Position numbers and translations under genes: made by a program. Below the pieces are notes generated by a model. It was given only the letters and a program-made list of their open reading frames with translations, was not told the origin of the DNA and searched no databases. Below, piece by piece: positions 9,857-19,864 of a stretch of 64,000 bases of DNA (position 1 is the stretch's first letter; every line of letters starts with the position of its first letter). The stretch is from positions 352,001 to 416,000 of the forward strand of contig JBFWNU010000002.1 of the NCBI GenBank assembly GCA_050250895.1. The letters run 5' to 3'. Origin of the DNA: Vulcanimicrobiota bacterium. GTDB taxonomy: Bacteria > Vulcanimicrobiota > Xenobia > Xenobiales > JADMJV01.

Positions 9857-10570
9857 GGCCAAATAGCCCTGGAAGTTGAGCCAGGAGAAGAAAATGCTCA
9901 CCTCGCTGAATCCGGCCCGGCCGAGCATCTGCAGGTTCTCTTCGGGTTCGAATGGCACTAGCCGGTTCTCGAGGGCCTCGCGTTTGCGCCGGATCTCGTC
10001 GACCGAATAGCCCTGCTCAAGCTTGAAATGGTGGTGCTGCTCGATATAGAGGTTATTGGTCTGGCGGCCTGGCAGGATGACCTTTTCGAGCATGACCAGG
10101 CATCCACCCGGCTTGAGCCGTGCTCTAATCTGGTCGAGCAGAGCCTGACGGCGGACCGGTCGCAAGAACTGCGCCACCAGCGAGAGAATCACGGCCGTGG
10201 GCGGTCCCTGGGCGAATTCGGGCGGCTCGATATCAGCTCGAACCAGTTCGATATCGTGCCTTTCACGTCTGGGGGCCAGCTTTTGGGCAGCGTGGTCGAG
10301 CATGGCCTGGGATTGGTCGACTCCTACCAGTTTCAGAGGCTCTTCCGCCAACTCGACCAACCGAACCAGAGTGTTGCCGGTCGAGCAGCCCAGGTCATAA
10401 ATGGGGCCATCGGCCCCTCTGGCCAGCACCAGCCGGGCCATGAGTTCCTGCACGGCCTCGTAATGGGGCACGCTGCGGCGTACCATGTCGTCGAACACCT
10501 GGGCTACCGGGGCATTGAATTCGAACGACTCGTAGCTCGCTTCTTGGCTTTCAAACAGACGGTCGCGCAC
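9827..10570 (-). CDS. cmoA: carboxy-S-adenosyl-L-methionine synthase CmoA
   Basis: F.F...VA.VFDDMVRRSVP.Y, YDLGCSTG, KREALEN, W.NF. Confidence 0.85.
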   Translation of the reverse strand: MRDRLFESQEASYESFEFNAPVAQVFDDMVRRSVPHYEAVQELMARLVLARGADGPIYDLGCSTGNTLVRLVELAEEPLKLVGVDQSQAMLDHAAQKLAPRRERHDIELVRADIEPPEFAQGPPTAVILSLVAQFLRPVRRQALLDQIRARLKPGGCLVMLEKVILPGRQTNNLYIEQHHHFKLEQGYSVDEIRRKREALENRLVPFEPEENLQMLGRAGFSEVSIFFSWLNFQGYLALKDEQEDAG

Positions 10571-10638
10571 CCGCTGGGTTTGGACAACCAGGAGGTCCTC
10601 GCCTGCAGTCGTCAAGTGGTGACCCGCGCGGCCCTTTA

Positions 10639-10670
10639 GAAAAAGCCCCGGCTGGTGAGCCGGGGCTTTC
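10639..10670 (-). terminator. intrinsic terminator of the nfeD-floA operon
   Basis: AAAGCCCCGGCT-N4-AGCCGGGGCTTT with T run on the minus strand. Confidence 0.85.
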
Positions 10671-10673
10671 AAG

Positions 10674-11060
10674 TTAGTCGTCGAGCAGACCGGGCGGCGG
10701 CCCGAGGATCTCGCGCAGTAGCACGGCTCGCCGCAACTGGTCGCGATTCAGGCCGCCCAGCACGACGGCTCCCACACTGCGTTCCACCCGCACTGCCTCT
10801 TCGGGAGCGTGAAGGTGAGGCTCGGGGTCGCACTCGGGAACCGAGAAGACCTCGGCGGCCTCGACGGTCGGCTGCAAAGCCTGCTGCCTCTGCTGTGGCT
10901 GGCGGCGTTGCTGCCCTCCGCCCCGACCTTGCTGCTGCCGGGGCTTTTGGGCTTGCTTGGCGGCCTGAGCCTGCTGGGCAGCCACGGCTTTCTCCATCTG
11001 CTCCTTGGCCTGGCGTTCGGCCTCGGCGATGGCTTCTTTGAGTTGGCTGAAGATATCCAT
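10674..11060 (-). CDS. YqfB-like protein of the floA operon
   Basis: C-terminal LRRAVLLREILGPP motif; last gene of nfeD-floA-floA. Confidence 0.7.
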   Translation of the reverse strand: MDIFSQLKEAIAEAERQAKEQMEKAVAAQQAQAAKQAQKPRQQQGRGGGQQRRQPQQRQQALQPTVEAAEVFSVPECDPEPHLHAPEEAVRVERSVGAVVLGGLNRDQLRRAVLLREILGPPPGLLDD

Positions 11061-11947
11061 CAGTTACTCGCTTTGAGCCGTCCCGAACGCAGAGCCGCGG
11101 CCAGACCCAGGGGAACCCGGGCTTCGGCCTCGACGACTTTCGCTTTCATTTCGACCACGGAAGCCCGCATCTCTTCCTCGCGCGCAGCTGCTTCGGCGCG
11201 TCGTTGCTCGGCGCGAGCCTGGGCGATCTGCTTGTCGGCTTCGGCCTGGTCGATCTGCAGGTGGGCTCCGATGTTGCGCCCCACATCGACATCCATGATG
11301 TCGATGGAGAGAATTTCGAAAGCCGTGCCCGCATCAAGACCCTTGGAAATGACCCGCTGCGAGATGATGCTCGGGTTCTCGAGCACGTTCTTGTGGCTGT
11401 CGGCCGAGCCGATGGTGGTGACCACACCTTCGCCCACGCGGGCCAGAATGGTCTCTTCGCCGGCGCCGCCGACCAGACGCTCGATGTTGGCCTTGACGGT
11501 AATCCGGCAGATAGCTCGCACCTGAATACCATCCTTGGCCATGGCTGCGATAGGGGGGGTCTGGATGACCTTGGGATTGACGGTCATCGAGACCGCCTCG
11601 AGAACGTCGCGGCCGGCCAGGTCGATGGCCGAGGCGCGTCCAAAGTCGAGGGGGATCTTGGCTTTGTTGGCTTCGATCAGAGCTCTCACCAGTCTGAAGA
11701 CCTGGCCACCGGCCAGATAATGCGCTTCGAGCCCGTGCGCGGTCAAATCAGCCAGGCCCGCCTGACGTCCCATGATCAAGGGTTTCACCACGGCCGCCGG
11801 ATCGACCCGCCGCAGACGCATCAGCACCAGGGTGATGGGGCTGATGGACACTCCGGCCGAGACGGCTTCGAGCCAGAGCCCGATCGGAACATAGAAGAGA
11901 AAGAAGCCACCGCAAACTAGGACAATGGTCAATAAGATATAGGACAT
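11060..11947 (-). CDS. floA: flotillin-like protein FloA, paralog 2
   Basis: [54 protein letters not shown]. Confidence 0.93.
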   Translation of the reverse strand: MSYILLTIVLVCGGFFLFYVPIGLWLEAVSAGVSISPITLVLMRLRRVDPAAVVKPLIMGRQAGLADLTAHGLEAHYLAGGQVFRLVRALIEANKAKIPLDFGRASAIDLAGRDVLEAVSMTVNPKVIQTPPIAAMAKDGIQVRAICRITVKANIERLVGGAGEETILARVGEGVVTTIGSADSHKNVLENPSIISQRVISKGLDAGTAFEILSIDIMDVDVGRNIGAHLQIDQAEADKQIAQARAEQRRAEAAAREEEMRASVVEMKAKVVEAEARVPLGLAAALRSGRLKASN

Positions 11948-11953
11948 CGTGTT

Positions 11954-12934
11954 TTAGCCTTTCTGCGGGGCTTTGTCGCTACCCGCGAGCGCCTGACGCA
12001 TCCTGGTGTCGGCGATGACGTTTTCCAGCTTGTAGTAGTCGAGCACGTTGAAGCGCCCGGATGAGAGAGCTTCGAACATCGCCTCGGGCACCTCGGCCTC
12101 AGCCTCGACCACTTTGGCGCGCATTTCTTCGACGCGGGCCCGCATTTCGGTCTGGCGAGCCATCGCCTCGGCGCGGCGCTGCTCGGCCCTGGCCTGCGCC
12201 ACTCGTTTATCGGCGTTGGCCTGATCGATTTGGAGGCGGGCTCCGATGTTTTCACCCACATCCACATCAGCGATGTCGATGGAGAGGATCTCGAAGGCGG
12301 TTCCCGAGTCCAACCCGGTGGCCAGCACGGCCTCTGTGATCAGGTCGGGGTTTTCGAGCACCTGCTTGAAGTCGCGGCTCTTACCGATAGCGGTCACGAT
12401 ACCCTCGCCGACGCGTGCCAGCACCGTTTCTTCACCGGCCGAACCGACCAGTTTCGAGATGTCGGTGCGCACGGTCACCAGGCAGGTGGCTTTGACCTGG
12501 ATACCGTCGTGGGCCACGGCCTCGATGAGGGGAGTCTGAATGACCTTGGGGTTGACGCTCATCTGAACCGCCTGCAGTACGTCACGACCGGCCAGGTCGA
12601 TGGAGGTGGCTGTCTCCCAGTCGAGTTCGATACCGGCCTTGGTGGCAGCGATGAGAGCAGCCACCACATTGCGGATGTTGCCGCCGGCCATGTAGTGGGT
12701 CTGAAGCTGGGCCACGCTGATGGGCAGGCCCGCGTAGTTTGCCGTGATGGCCGGAAGCACGATTTCGTGCGGCGGAATCTTGCGAAACGAGCGCATCACG
12801 AACAGCTCCACAAGACCCACTCGGACCTTCGAGAAGACTGCGCTCAGCCAGAGCGGAAAGGGCACGAAATAGAATAGCAACTGCACGCACATAAATGCGA
12901 TAAACAGTAAGAATAGAACAAATCCGAAATCCAC
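11954..12934 (-). CDS. floA: flotillin-like protein FloA, paralog 1
   Basis: [52 protein letters not shown]. Confidence 0.95.
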   Translation of the reverse strand: MDFGFVLFLLFIAFMCVQLLFYFVPFPLWLSAVFSKVRVGLVELFVMRSFRKIPPHEIVLPAITANYAGLPISVAQLQTHYMAGGNIRNVVAALIAATKAGIELDWETATSIDLAGRDVLQAVQMSVNPKVIQTPLIEAVAHDGIQVKATCLVTVRTDISKLVGSAGEETVLARVGEGIVTAIGKSRDFKQVLENPDLITEAVLATGLDSGTAFEILSIDIADVDVGENIGARLQIDQANADKRVAQARAEQRRAEAMARQTEMRARVEEMRAKVVEAEAEVPEAMFEALSSGRFNVLDYYKLENVIADTRMRQALAGSDKAPQKG

Positions 12935-12954
12935 GAAGGGTCTCCTCCCTATTA

Positions 12955-13701
12955 CTAGTCCTGACCAGGAGTGGCCCGGACGACGACTTTGTTGCCTTGA
13001 ACAGATACGACTTCGACGTAGTGACCCTTTTGAATAAAGGATCCTTCTGTTACCACGTCGACGCGGCGACCGTCAAACTCGGCGATTCCGCCCGGCCGCA
13101 AGGGGCTCGAGCAAACTCCGACCGCGCCGATCTCGATACTCGAGGTGATGGTCACGGGGGTAGGGGGGCTCACGGGCGGCTCGAGCACGATAAACCCTCG
13201 GAATAGTCGGTTTTCGGGTAGGAATTTGAGCAACGCAAACCCTCCGCCCACGGCCGCGCACAGCGCGGAAAGAAAAACGGTTAAACCAGTTTCCCAGTTG
13301 TCAAAGGACAGCACGGTGGAACCACCGATGCCCAGAATCCCGATGACTCCAAAGACTCCCACCCCGGGCATCACAAAGATCTCTACCGCCAGACAAATGA
13401 GGCCACCCACGAAGAGAGCCAGGGGGACCCAAATGTCTTCACCCGCGAGATAGCGGCCGGCAAAGAAGAGCCCGATGGCGCAGAAAGCAGTCACCTCGGC
13501 CACGCCTGAGCCTAGAGTGATGACGGTCGCCGCCAGAGCGACCACTCCGATGATTAAAAGGGCGCCGGCTACCGCGGGCTGGGTGAGGAAATCGCCCACC
13601 TGGGCTTTCCATCCTGGTCCCTCGGCCAGGGCCGGGCCGCTGACCAAAAATGACAACACGGTCAGCAACAAGAGCCGGTCACCTGATAGCACTCCTCGCA
13701 T
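12955..13701 (-). CDS. NfeD family membrane protein without the protease domain
   Basis: TM block with EIFVMPG..G; C-terminal OB fold LRPGG...DVVTEG.FI; GGAGG RBS. Confidence 0.88.
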   Translation of the reverse strand: MRGVLSGDRLLLLTVLSFLVSGPALAEGPGWKAQVGDFLTQPAVAGALLIIGVVALAATVITLGSGVAEVTAFCAIGLFFAGRYLAGEDIWVPLALFVGGLICLAVEIFVMPGVGVFGVIGILGIGGSTVLSFDNWETGLTVFLSALCAAVGGGFALLKFLPENRLFRGFIVLEPPVSPPTPVTITSSIEIGAVGVCSSPLRPGGIAEFDGRRVDVVTEGSFIQKGHYVEVVSVQGNKVVVRATPGQD

Positions 13702-13892
13702 AGAACTCACCTCCAAAATCCAGTTCAATTATATCATATTCAACCGGATTTGCATATATGCATCACGGGACCCCCCCACGAATGGTGACCCGCTGACCTT
13801 TACGGCTTCGGGCTCAGCGGCCGCACCCCTCGTTTTTTTCGGGATTCTGCTGCTTTGAGGTATCTTTCAGGCTCGTCCCCTAGAGTCAAGCT

Positions 13893-14276
13893 ATGTTGAT
13901 TGCAGGACATCCCATGACTCTCCCCCACGCCAGCCGGGCGCTGTTTCCGGCCTCTACCCCGCCCCCGGCCGTCCCGGCTACGACTCCTCAAGAGGAACCC
14001 TTGCTGACGCGAGGCGACGCCTTCCGTCTGGGGGGAGCGGTGATCGGCGGCCTCAGCTGCGGATTGATCGGAGCTGATATCGGCATGACCCGCGGCATGG
14101 AGTCCTCTATCGGGGTATTCGGCTCGCACCCTTTGGCCCAGGCGTTCAGCCTGTTGACCATCGGCCTGGTGATGGGACTACGCGGATCGCTGCTGGGCAC
14201 CATCGGGGGCACCCTGATCGGGGCAGCCGTAGGTGCTGGCGCCGGTCATCTGTTGGCTAAAGCGACCGAGAAATAA
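13893..14276 (+). CDS. glycine-zipper membrane protein
   Basis: GxxxG repeats after a Pro-rich leader; TAGAGT-N6-ATG. Confidence 0.7.
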   Translation: MLIAGHPMTLPHASRALFPASTPPPAVPATTPQEEPLLTRGDAFRLGGAVIGGLSCGLIGADIGMTRGMESSIGVFGSHPLAQAFSLLTIGLVMGLRGSLLGTIGGTLIGAAVGAGAGHLLAKATEK

Positions 14277-14278
14277 GT

Positions 14279-14551
14279 TTACAGACCGCCTGGTTTGAGG
14301 CCGCCGGGAAGACTCACCGGGCCGCCCTGGGCACCGCTCTGCAAGTTTTGCATGATCCCGTTTAACAGGCTGGTGCCGGCGGTGCTGGGTGTCTCTGCTT
14401 TCGGAGCCGGAGAGGGCTTGGTAGCGCCGGGCTTCTGCCGGGCAGCTTTCAGACCGAGAGCTTTCGTATCGGGAACGGGGAGGCCGTTCTTGCCTTTCTT
14501 GACCAGCCCAGCCCGCGCAGGGTTCAGGGCGGATGCGACTCCGAATGCCAA
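14279..14551 (-). CDS. small basic low-complexity hypothetical protein
   Basis: AAGGAG RBS; TATACT upstream. Confidence 0.55.
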   Translation of the reverse strand: MAFGVASALNPARAGLVKKGKNGLPVPDTKALGLKAARQKPGATKPSPAPKAETPSTAGTSLLNGIMQNLQSGAQGGPVSLPGGLKPGGL

Positions 14552-14663
14552 GATAGTGGCTCCTTCCTGCTGTATGAATGCTAGTATAGAGCCTGGATGA
14601 ACTCAAATTGGACGGTCGGGTTTGCTATTTTGTGAACATTGTTGCCGGAATGTAGCCGCGTGT

Positions 14664-16322
14664 TTAGCCTTTCCAGAGGGCACGTTCGAGATGGATGCGG
14701 TCTTCGGGCAATTCGCGCACGATGTGGTCGACGTACTTCTGGTCGTAGTGCAGGGTGACCTGGCTGGCGTCGTGGATGTTGATCATCCCGTTGCGAGCCA
14801 CTACCGCCCCCCGGATATTGAGCGGTTGATTGGTCCGGGTCTGGATCTCGACATTGTCCTTGGCGTAGAGCAAGCCATTGAAGGTCAGAGAGCGATCAAC
14901 CGCGGTTCCGGCCTCCCAGTTGTAGGGGGGCTTGATGGTGATATCCTTGCCGGCGTAGATGGACAGGTCGGCCTGCTCGTCGGCCGTCACCGAGGCCCAG
15001 TTAGGGCGAAGATGCACGTTGCCGGTGGCCAGCAATTTGCCGGCCCCTCTGATCGGTCCCTCGACCCCCAGATCGCCGTCGACAATGATCGAGCCCGAGT
15101 TCTCCTCGGCGACTCCATCCCCGATCCCGCCCACCAATTCACCAAAGACCAGTTGCGGGATTATGTCGTTCTGATAGGAGGCCACTCCGAAGTCGCCATC
15201 CACGTGCAGGTGAGCATCTTCGTCGACGGCCATCCAGTCTTCGGTTAAATTGACCTTGACCCGATTGTCGACCAGCCAGAAGGTCGAGTCCCGAGGGTGC
15301 CCCACCACGCTGGTGCCGGCCATGCGAGCCCCCTCGGGAATACCCCCGGGCTCGCTGACATACCAGAATTCTTGCAGTTCACCGCTGGAAAATCCCGCGT
15401 CATCGATGGCCCGAGTGCGGCGTTCCATGACCTTGACCGAGGCCGTCTGCGTGATCCCGCCCACTTCGTATTCGACCTGGACCCGCGAAAAGAGATAAAG
15501 ACCGGACCTGACGCTGGTGTTGGCGTCGACGCCAACCTCGCTGATCTTGAGGTCGTGAATGTCATAGCTGGTCTTGGCGTCGGGAATGAAACGGCCCCCG
15601 GTCTGGCTAACGGCGTTGGCCATCACGCTCTGGTTGGTGACCGACTGACCGCCCACGGTGACGTCTTGTTGCGACCAGATCACTCCTTTGTCGGCCTGGG
15701 CCACGGCGGGCACGAAGTCGAGTCGATTGGCGGAAGGCACGTGAATGTCGCCCTTGGAGCGGATCTGATTGCGCAACGGGTGCTCGCTGGTGAGCTTGAG
15801 CCCGGTGGCCTCGATGTTGATGCCGCCCGAGGACACGGCGGCTCCGTCGAACAGAGGGGCGATGCGCAACAAGACTTCGCGTTGCTGGGTCACTCCTCCA
15901 CAGGTGCCGGTAATGCGCAAACGGCAGGCCGAAACCGGCACGCCCCCGGATTCGCTCGAACCCGAGAGATTGTTGGTGACGACCACGCGGAACTCGGCGT
16001 CAAGGTCGGTCAGTTTGCCTTCGACTCGGTGGCTACCACCGATTTCGCGCACCTCGAGTTCGGGAGCCACCGAGCCATCGGTATAGTCGTCGTCGAAAGC
16101 GGCTCGGGCCCAGAATTTGTTGTGTTCGAGCCGGAAAAAACAGTATTCGGTGGCGCTGGCACAGGCTCGATTGGCCTTCTCGCTCTGGCTGCTGTAGCCG
16201 GCCAGGGTCAATTGATCGCGATTGACCTGGAAGAAAGCGCCCAGCAGAATCAGCAACAAACTCGTGATCACGATGAGCAGAAAGAGCGCGATTCCTCGTT
16301 GCCGTAGCTTTGCCATGTCCAC
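14664..16322 (-). CDS. PilX-like minor pilin with beta-helical C-terminal region
   Basis: RQRG|IALFLLIVI prepilin-like site lacking Glu5; GLLYA, RGAVVA repeats. Confidence 0.75.
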   Translation of the reverse strand: MDMAKLRQRGIALFLLIVITSLLLILLGAFFQVNRDQLTLAGYSSQSEKANRACASATEYCFFRLEHNKFWARAAFDDDYTDGSVAPELEVREIGGSHRVEGKLTDLDAEFRVVVTNNLSGSSESGGVPVSACRLRITGTCGGVTQQREVLLRIAPLFDGAAVSSGGINIEATGLKLTSEHPLRNQIRSKGDIHVPSANRLDFVPAVAQADKGVIWSQQDVTVGGQSVTNQSVMANAVSQTGGRFIPDAKTSYDIHDLKISEVGVDANTSVRSGLYLFSRVQVEYEVGGITQTASVKVMERRTRAIDDAGFSSGELQEFWYVSEPGGIPEGARMAGTSVVGHPRDSTFWLVDNRVKVNLTEDWMAVDEDAHLHVDGDFGVASYQNDIIPQLVFGELVGGIGDGVAEENSGSIIVDGDLGVEGPIRGAGKLLATGNVHLRPNWASVTADEQADLSIYAGKDITIKPPYNWEAGTAVDRSLTFNGLLYAKDNVEIQTRTNQPLNIRGAVVARNGMINIHDASQVTLHYDQKYVDHIVRELPEDRIHLERALWKG

Positions 16323-16324
16323 CC

Positions 16325-16996
16325 CTACAACTCCGGAAAAGTGTTGAGAGCCCTCAAGCTATAGACGACCTCGTGGGTCTCGTCGACCTCTTTTTCGGTC
16401 TGGATAGCTTTACGCCCTCGCCCTCGGAACTTGACCGAGACGTTCAGTAGTTGATCCGCCTCGTCTTTTTCCACCATGAAAGATAACACACTCTGAGCCA
16501 GAATGCCGGTGGAGTAAATGTCGTTGTTGTACTTGGGCTCATCGTCGATATTCACTCCCAGGTCCGGATACGGCAGCATGTTGGGCAACGTTCCGCCCGG
16601 TTCGACTTTTTGGTGGACCAGACGTCCCAAGCCGCGTTCCTGGGTGGCGTAAAATACGATGTAACGGTCCCAGCGGGGGGTCACTCCGTTGACGAAGTTG
16701 GCGGGATTGGACCAGTCAGACAGCCCGTGGCACACGACCGCATCCCGACGCACGGTCATCCCCTCGAAGGTCACGGTGCGCTCGAGCACACCGATGGTGG
16801 CCCAGTGGGACAGTTGAAAATCGCGTTCGAGCAGGGCTCCGACCCGGCGGGCGTCGCCTTGAAGCCCGCTGCGCAGGACCGCGTGCTGGAAGCCTCGGCT
16901 ACCCATGGAGAATAGCCCAAAGATGGTCAGGGTCAAGAAGCCCAGGATGAGAAGGACCAGGGCTGCTTCCAGCACTGTAAAGCCGCGTCGCTTCAT
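16325..16996 (-). CDS. PilW/GspJ-like minor pilin
   Basis: MKRRG|FTVLE type III signal. Confidence 0.85.
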   Translation of the reverse strand: MKRRGFTVLEAALVLLILGFLTLTIFGLFSMGSRGFQHAVLRSGLQGDARRVGALLERDFQLSHWATIGVLERTVTFEGMTVRRDAVVCHGLSDWSNPANFVNGVTPRWDRYIVFYATQERGLGRLVHQKVEPGGTLPNMLPYPDLGVNIDDEPKYNNDIYSTGILAQSVLSFMVEKDEADQLLNVSVKFRGRGRKAIQTEKEVDETHEVVYSLRALNTFPEL

Positions 16997-17436
16997 TGGT
17001 TAGGATAAACCAGTTGCCCCAGTGTAGTGGAAAGCCGTCCCATGTCACGGCGGGATCCGGTGGAATCGGTGGAGTCCTTCCACCACTCGACCCGCACGGT
17101 CACCTGATAGACCACGCCCATGGGATAGGCCGAGGCAGGAGTGGTGACCAGGGTCGGTGTTACGGTGTAGAGGTAAGTGATCTGATTGGTGGTGTCGCGG
17201 CTATAAATGTCCATCTGGCCGTTAGCGACCCCGCCGGTGCCCCAATTGGGTGGACCTTCGCGCACCGCCCGATCAAGAACTTTCTTGGCCAGGTGTTCAC
17301 CCACCGACAGATCCGAGTTCTTGGCCGTCGAGGTCAGGAGCTTGGCGAATACGCCGATGAGAACCACCGCGATCATCCCCACCAGGCCTGCTGCCAGCAC
17401 CGTTTCGGCCAGCGTCAATCCCCTTGAACGTCCCAC
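16993..17436 (-). CDS. PilV/GspI-like minor pilin
   Basis: RSRG|LTLAE; VTVRVEW; TGcTATACT-N6-GTG. Confidence 0.82.
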   Translation of the reverse strand: MGRSRGLTLAETVLAAGLVGMIAVVLIGVFAKLLTSTAKNSDLSVGEHLAKKVLDRAVREGPPNWGTGGVANGQMDIYSRDTTNQITYLYTVTPTLVTTPASAYPMGVVYQVTVRVEWWKDSTDSTGSRRDMGRLSTTLGQLVYPNQ

Positions 17437-17453
17437 CTGCTCAGTATAGCAGA

Positions 17454-17822
17454 TTATAGTCCGAGTAGAGCCTGGACCTTGGCCCAAACGATATCCCACT
17501 CTACCGGCTTGCTGGCCACCTGATCGGCGCCAAGCATGTTGGCGATCTCGAGAAAGACCGTGTTGCCGTGCAGGCCGGCCGAGAGCATCATCACCTTGGG
17601 GGCGTTGGGCAGTTCTTTGAGCTCTTTGAGGGTCTCGAGGCCTTCTTTGTTGGGCATGACGATATCGCAGATGACCAGGTCGGCCGGATCATTACGAAAG
17701 TGACGCAGACCTTTCTCGCCGTCGGTGGCTTCGCTGACTTTCAGGCCGTGCTCTTCGAGGCCTCGCCGCAGGATTTCGCGGACGCTATCGTCATCGTCTA
17801 TCAGCAGAATGTGACGAGACAA
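17454..17822 (-). CDS. single-domain response regulator (CheY-like)
   Basis: LLIDDD, DIVMP..EG, KP. Confidence 0.93.
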   Translation of the reverse strand: MSRHILLIDDDDSVREILRRGLEEHGLKVSEATDGEKGLRHFRNDPADLVICDIVMPNKEGLETLKELKELPNAPKVMMLSAGLHGNTVFLEIANMLGADQVASKPVEWDIVWAKVQALLGL

Positions 17823-17823
17823 G

Positions 17824-19812
17824 CTAGCCTACTCGGGTGCCGGGTGGGAGTTCGTGGATGGGCGTCACCAGGCTGACCGGGCTATCCCCGCCACCAGCGG
17901 CCAGCAGCATACCCTCGCTCAGGATGCCGAAAATCTTGCGCGGCTTGAGGTTGTCGATGATGCAGATGGTCCGCCCCTCCATCTCTTCGGGGGCGTAGTC
18001 CTTGCGGATTCCTGACACGATGGTTCGGTCCTGGCGGGAGCCGTCGTCTAAGGTCAGACGTAGCAGTTTGTCGGCCCCCTCGACGGCTTCGGCCTTGACG
18101 ACCCGGGCGGTGATCATTTTCACTTTGACGAAGTCGTCGTATTCGATGGATGAGGTTTCCACTTTCTTTTCCTCGATTTTCTTGGCTGGCTTTTCGGGTT
18201 TTTTGCCCGTCTGTTGCTCTTTGCGCTGGACGAACTCGTCTTCAAGGTTGGCCAGGTCGAGCTTGGGAAAGATGATGGCGGCCTTGCCGATGGTGGTAGC
18301 GCCGGTCAGTAGCTCGCCAGCGGTGTTCAGGCTTGAACCCGTGGCCGTGCCGGACAGGCCCAGCTGGCTCCACAGTCGGTCGCAGGCGCCGGGCATGACC
18401 GGAGTCAGCAACAACACCACACTGCGCAGGCAGTTGAGGACGGCCGAGAAAAAGGCTTCGAGTTGAGGGTGCCTGGTGGCGTCCTTGGCAAGTTCCCAGG
18501 GCTTTTGCTCGTCGATGACGCGGTTGAGGGCCCGCACCAGCACCCAGATGGTCTCGAGCGCCTCTTTGAACTCGAGCTTCTGATAGTGCTCCAGCGTCTT
18601 GCTGGTTGTCGCAGTGCGCAGGCCCATCAGTTCTTCGAGTTCGGCTCCGTGGTCGGCCTGGCCCGGCACCGTGCCTTTGAGAAAGCGCGAAGCCATGGTC
18701 AATACGCGATAGACCAGATTGCCGAAGTCGTTCGCCAGATCGTAGTTATAGCGCTCGGCCAGGGCCCGCACCGAGAAGTTTCCATCCAGACCCACGGGCA
18801 CTTCGCGCAGGGTGAAGTAACGGACCCCATCAGCGCCCACCAGGGCCACGGCGTCTTCGGGGTGGAAGACGTTGCCCTTGCTCTTGCTCATCTTGGTGCC
18901 GTCGAAGTTCCAGTAGCCATGCACCAGGCATTGCCTGGGTAAAGGCAGACCGGCAGCTTGCAACATGGCCGGCCAGACGATGGTGTGAAACCAGGGGATA
19001 TCTTTGGCCATGATATGGAGGTCGGCCGGCCAGAAGTTGTGTTCGGGCTGAACCGAGAGGGGATCTTTGCCTTCGGCCACTGCTTTGACCGCGGCTTCAG
19101 CATCGAAGCCGCTGCCCGTCATGTAGGTCCAGAGGGCGTCGACCCAGACATAGAAGACATGCCGGTCGTCCCACGGCAGAGGAATGCCCCAATCGGTGCT
19201 GCTGCGGCTGATGCAAAGGTCGCGCAGCCCGCCCCGGATGCGATTGAGCATCTCGTTGCGCCGGAAGCCCGGGATGATGGCCTCGGGGTTTTGCTCGTGA
19301 AATTCGAGCAAGAAGTCTTGATACTTGCTCAGGCGAAACCAGTAGGCTTCTTCGGTAAGATGCTTGAGATACGGCTCGCTCTCGGGATTGTCGGGCACTT
19401 CGGCTTCGTCGAGAAAGCGATTATCGGTGGTGTGATACCATCCCGAATAGTCGGCCTTGTAGACATCACCCTGATCATAGATCCTCTGGAAGGCCGCCTG
19501 GACGGTGCGGCGGTGCTCAGGTGACGAGGTGCGATAGAAGCCGTAGTCGCCAATGTCGAGCAGTTTCCAGGCTTTGGTAAACTCGGGAATGAGCTGGCTG
19601 CAGAACTCGAGCGGTGAGAGGCCCGCCGCGGCCGCTTTGTCGGCGATATTTTGACTGTGCTCATCGCTGCCCGTCACCATCAGGGCCTCGTGACCCAGCA
19701 TGCGGTGGTAGCGAGCCAGCGCGTCAGCGATGATGGTAGTGTAGCCGGTGCCCATGTGTGGCGGGGCGTTGACGTAATAGATCGGTGTGGTTACGTAGAA
19801 GCGACGGCTCAT
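17824..19812 (-). CDS. metG: methionine--tRNA ligase with C-terminal tRNA-binding OB domain
   Basis: YVTTPIYYVN, TGSDEH, YVWVDAL, KMSKS, NLKPRKIFGILSEGMLL. Confidence 0.97.
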   Translation of the reverse strand: MSRRFYVTTPIYYVNAPPHMGTGYTTIIADALARYHRMLGHEALMVTGSDEHSQNIADKAAAAGLSPLEFCSQLIPEFTKAWKLLDIGDYGFYRTSSPEHRRTVQAAFQRIYDQGDVYKADYSGWYHTTDNRFLDEAEVPDNPESEPYLKHLTEEAYWFRLSKYQDFLLEFHEQNPEAIIPGFRRNEMLNRIRGGLRDLCISRSSTDWGIPLPWDDRHVFYVWVDALWTYMTGSGFDAEAAVKAVAEGKDPLSVQPEHNFWPADLHIMAKDIPWFHTIVWPAMLQAAGLPLPRQCLVHGYWNFDGTKMSKSKGNVFHPEDAVALVGADGVRYFTLREVPVGLDGNFSVRALAERYNYDLANDFGNLVYRVLTMASRFLKGTVPGQADHGAELEELMGLRTATTSKTLEHYQKLEFKEALETIWVLVRALNRVIDEQKPWELAKDATRHPQLEAFFSAVLNCLRSVVLLLTPVMPGACDRLWSQLGLSGTATGSSLNTAGELLTGATTIGKAAIIFPKLDLANLEDEFVQRKEQQTGKKPEKPAKKIEEKKVETSSIEYDDFVKVKMITARVVKAEAVEGADKLLRLTLDDGSRQDRTIVSGIRKDYAPEEMEGRTICIIDNLKPRKIFGILSEGMLLAAGGGDSPVSLVTPIHELPPGTRVG

Positions 19813-19864
19813 GGGCTCAGGCTCTTCGCTTCGACCGCCACCCCGCCCTCTTAGAAAAGCCGAG

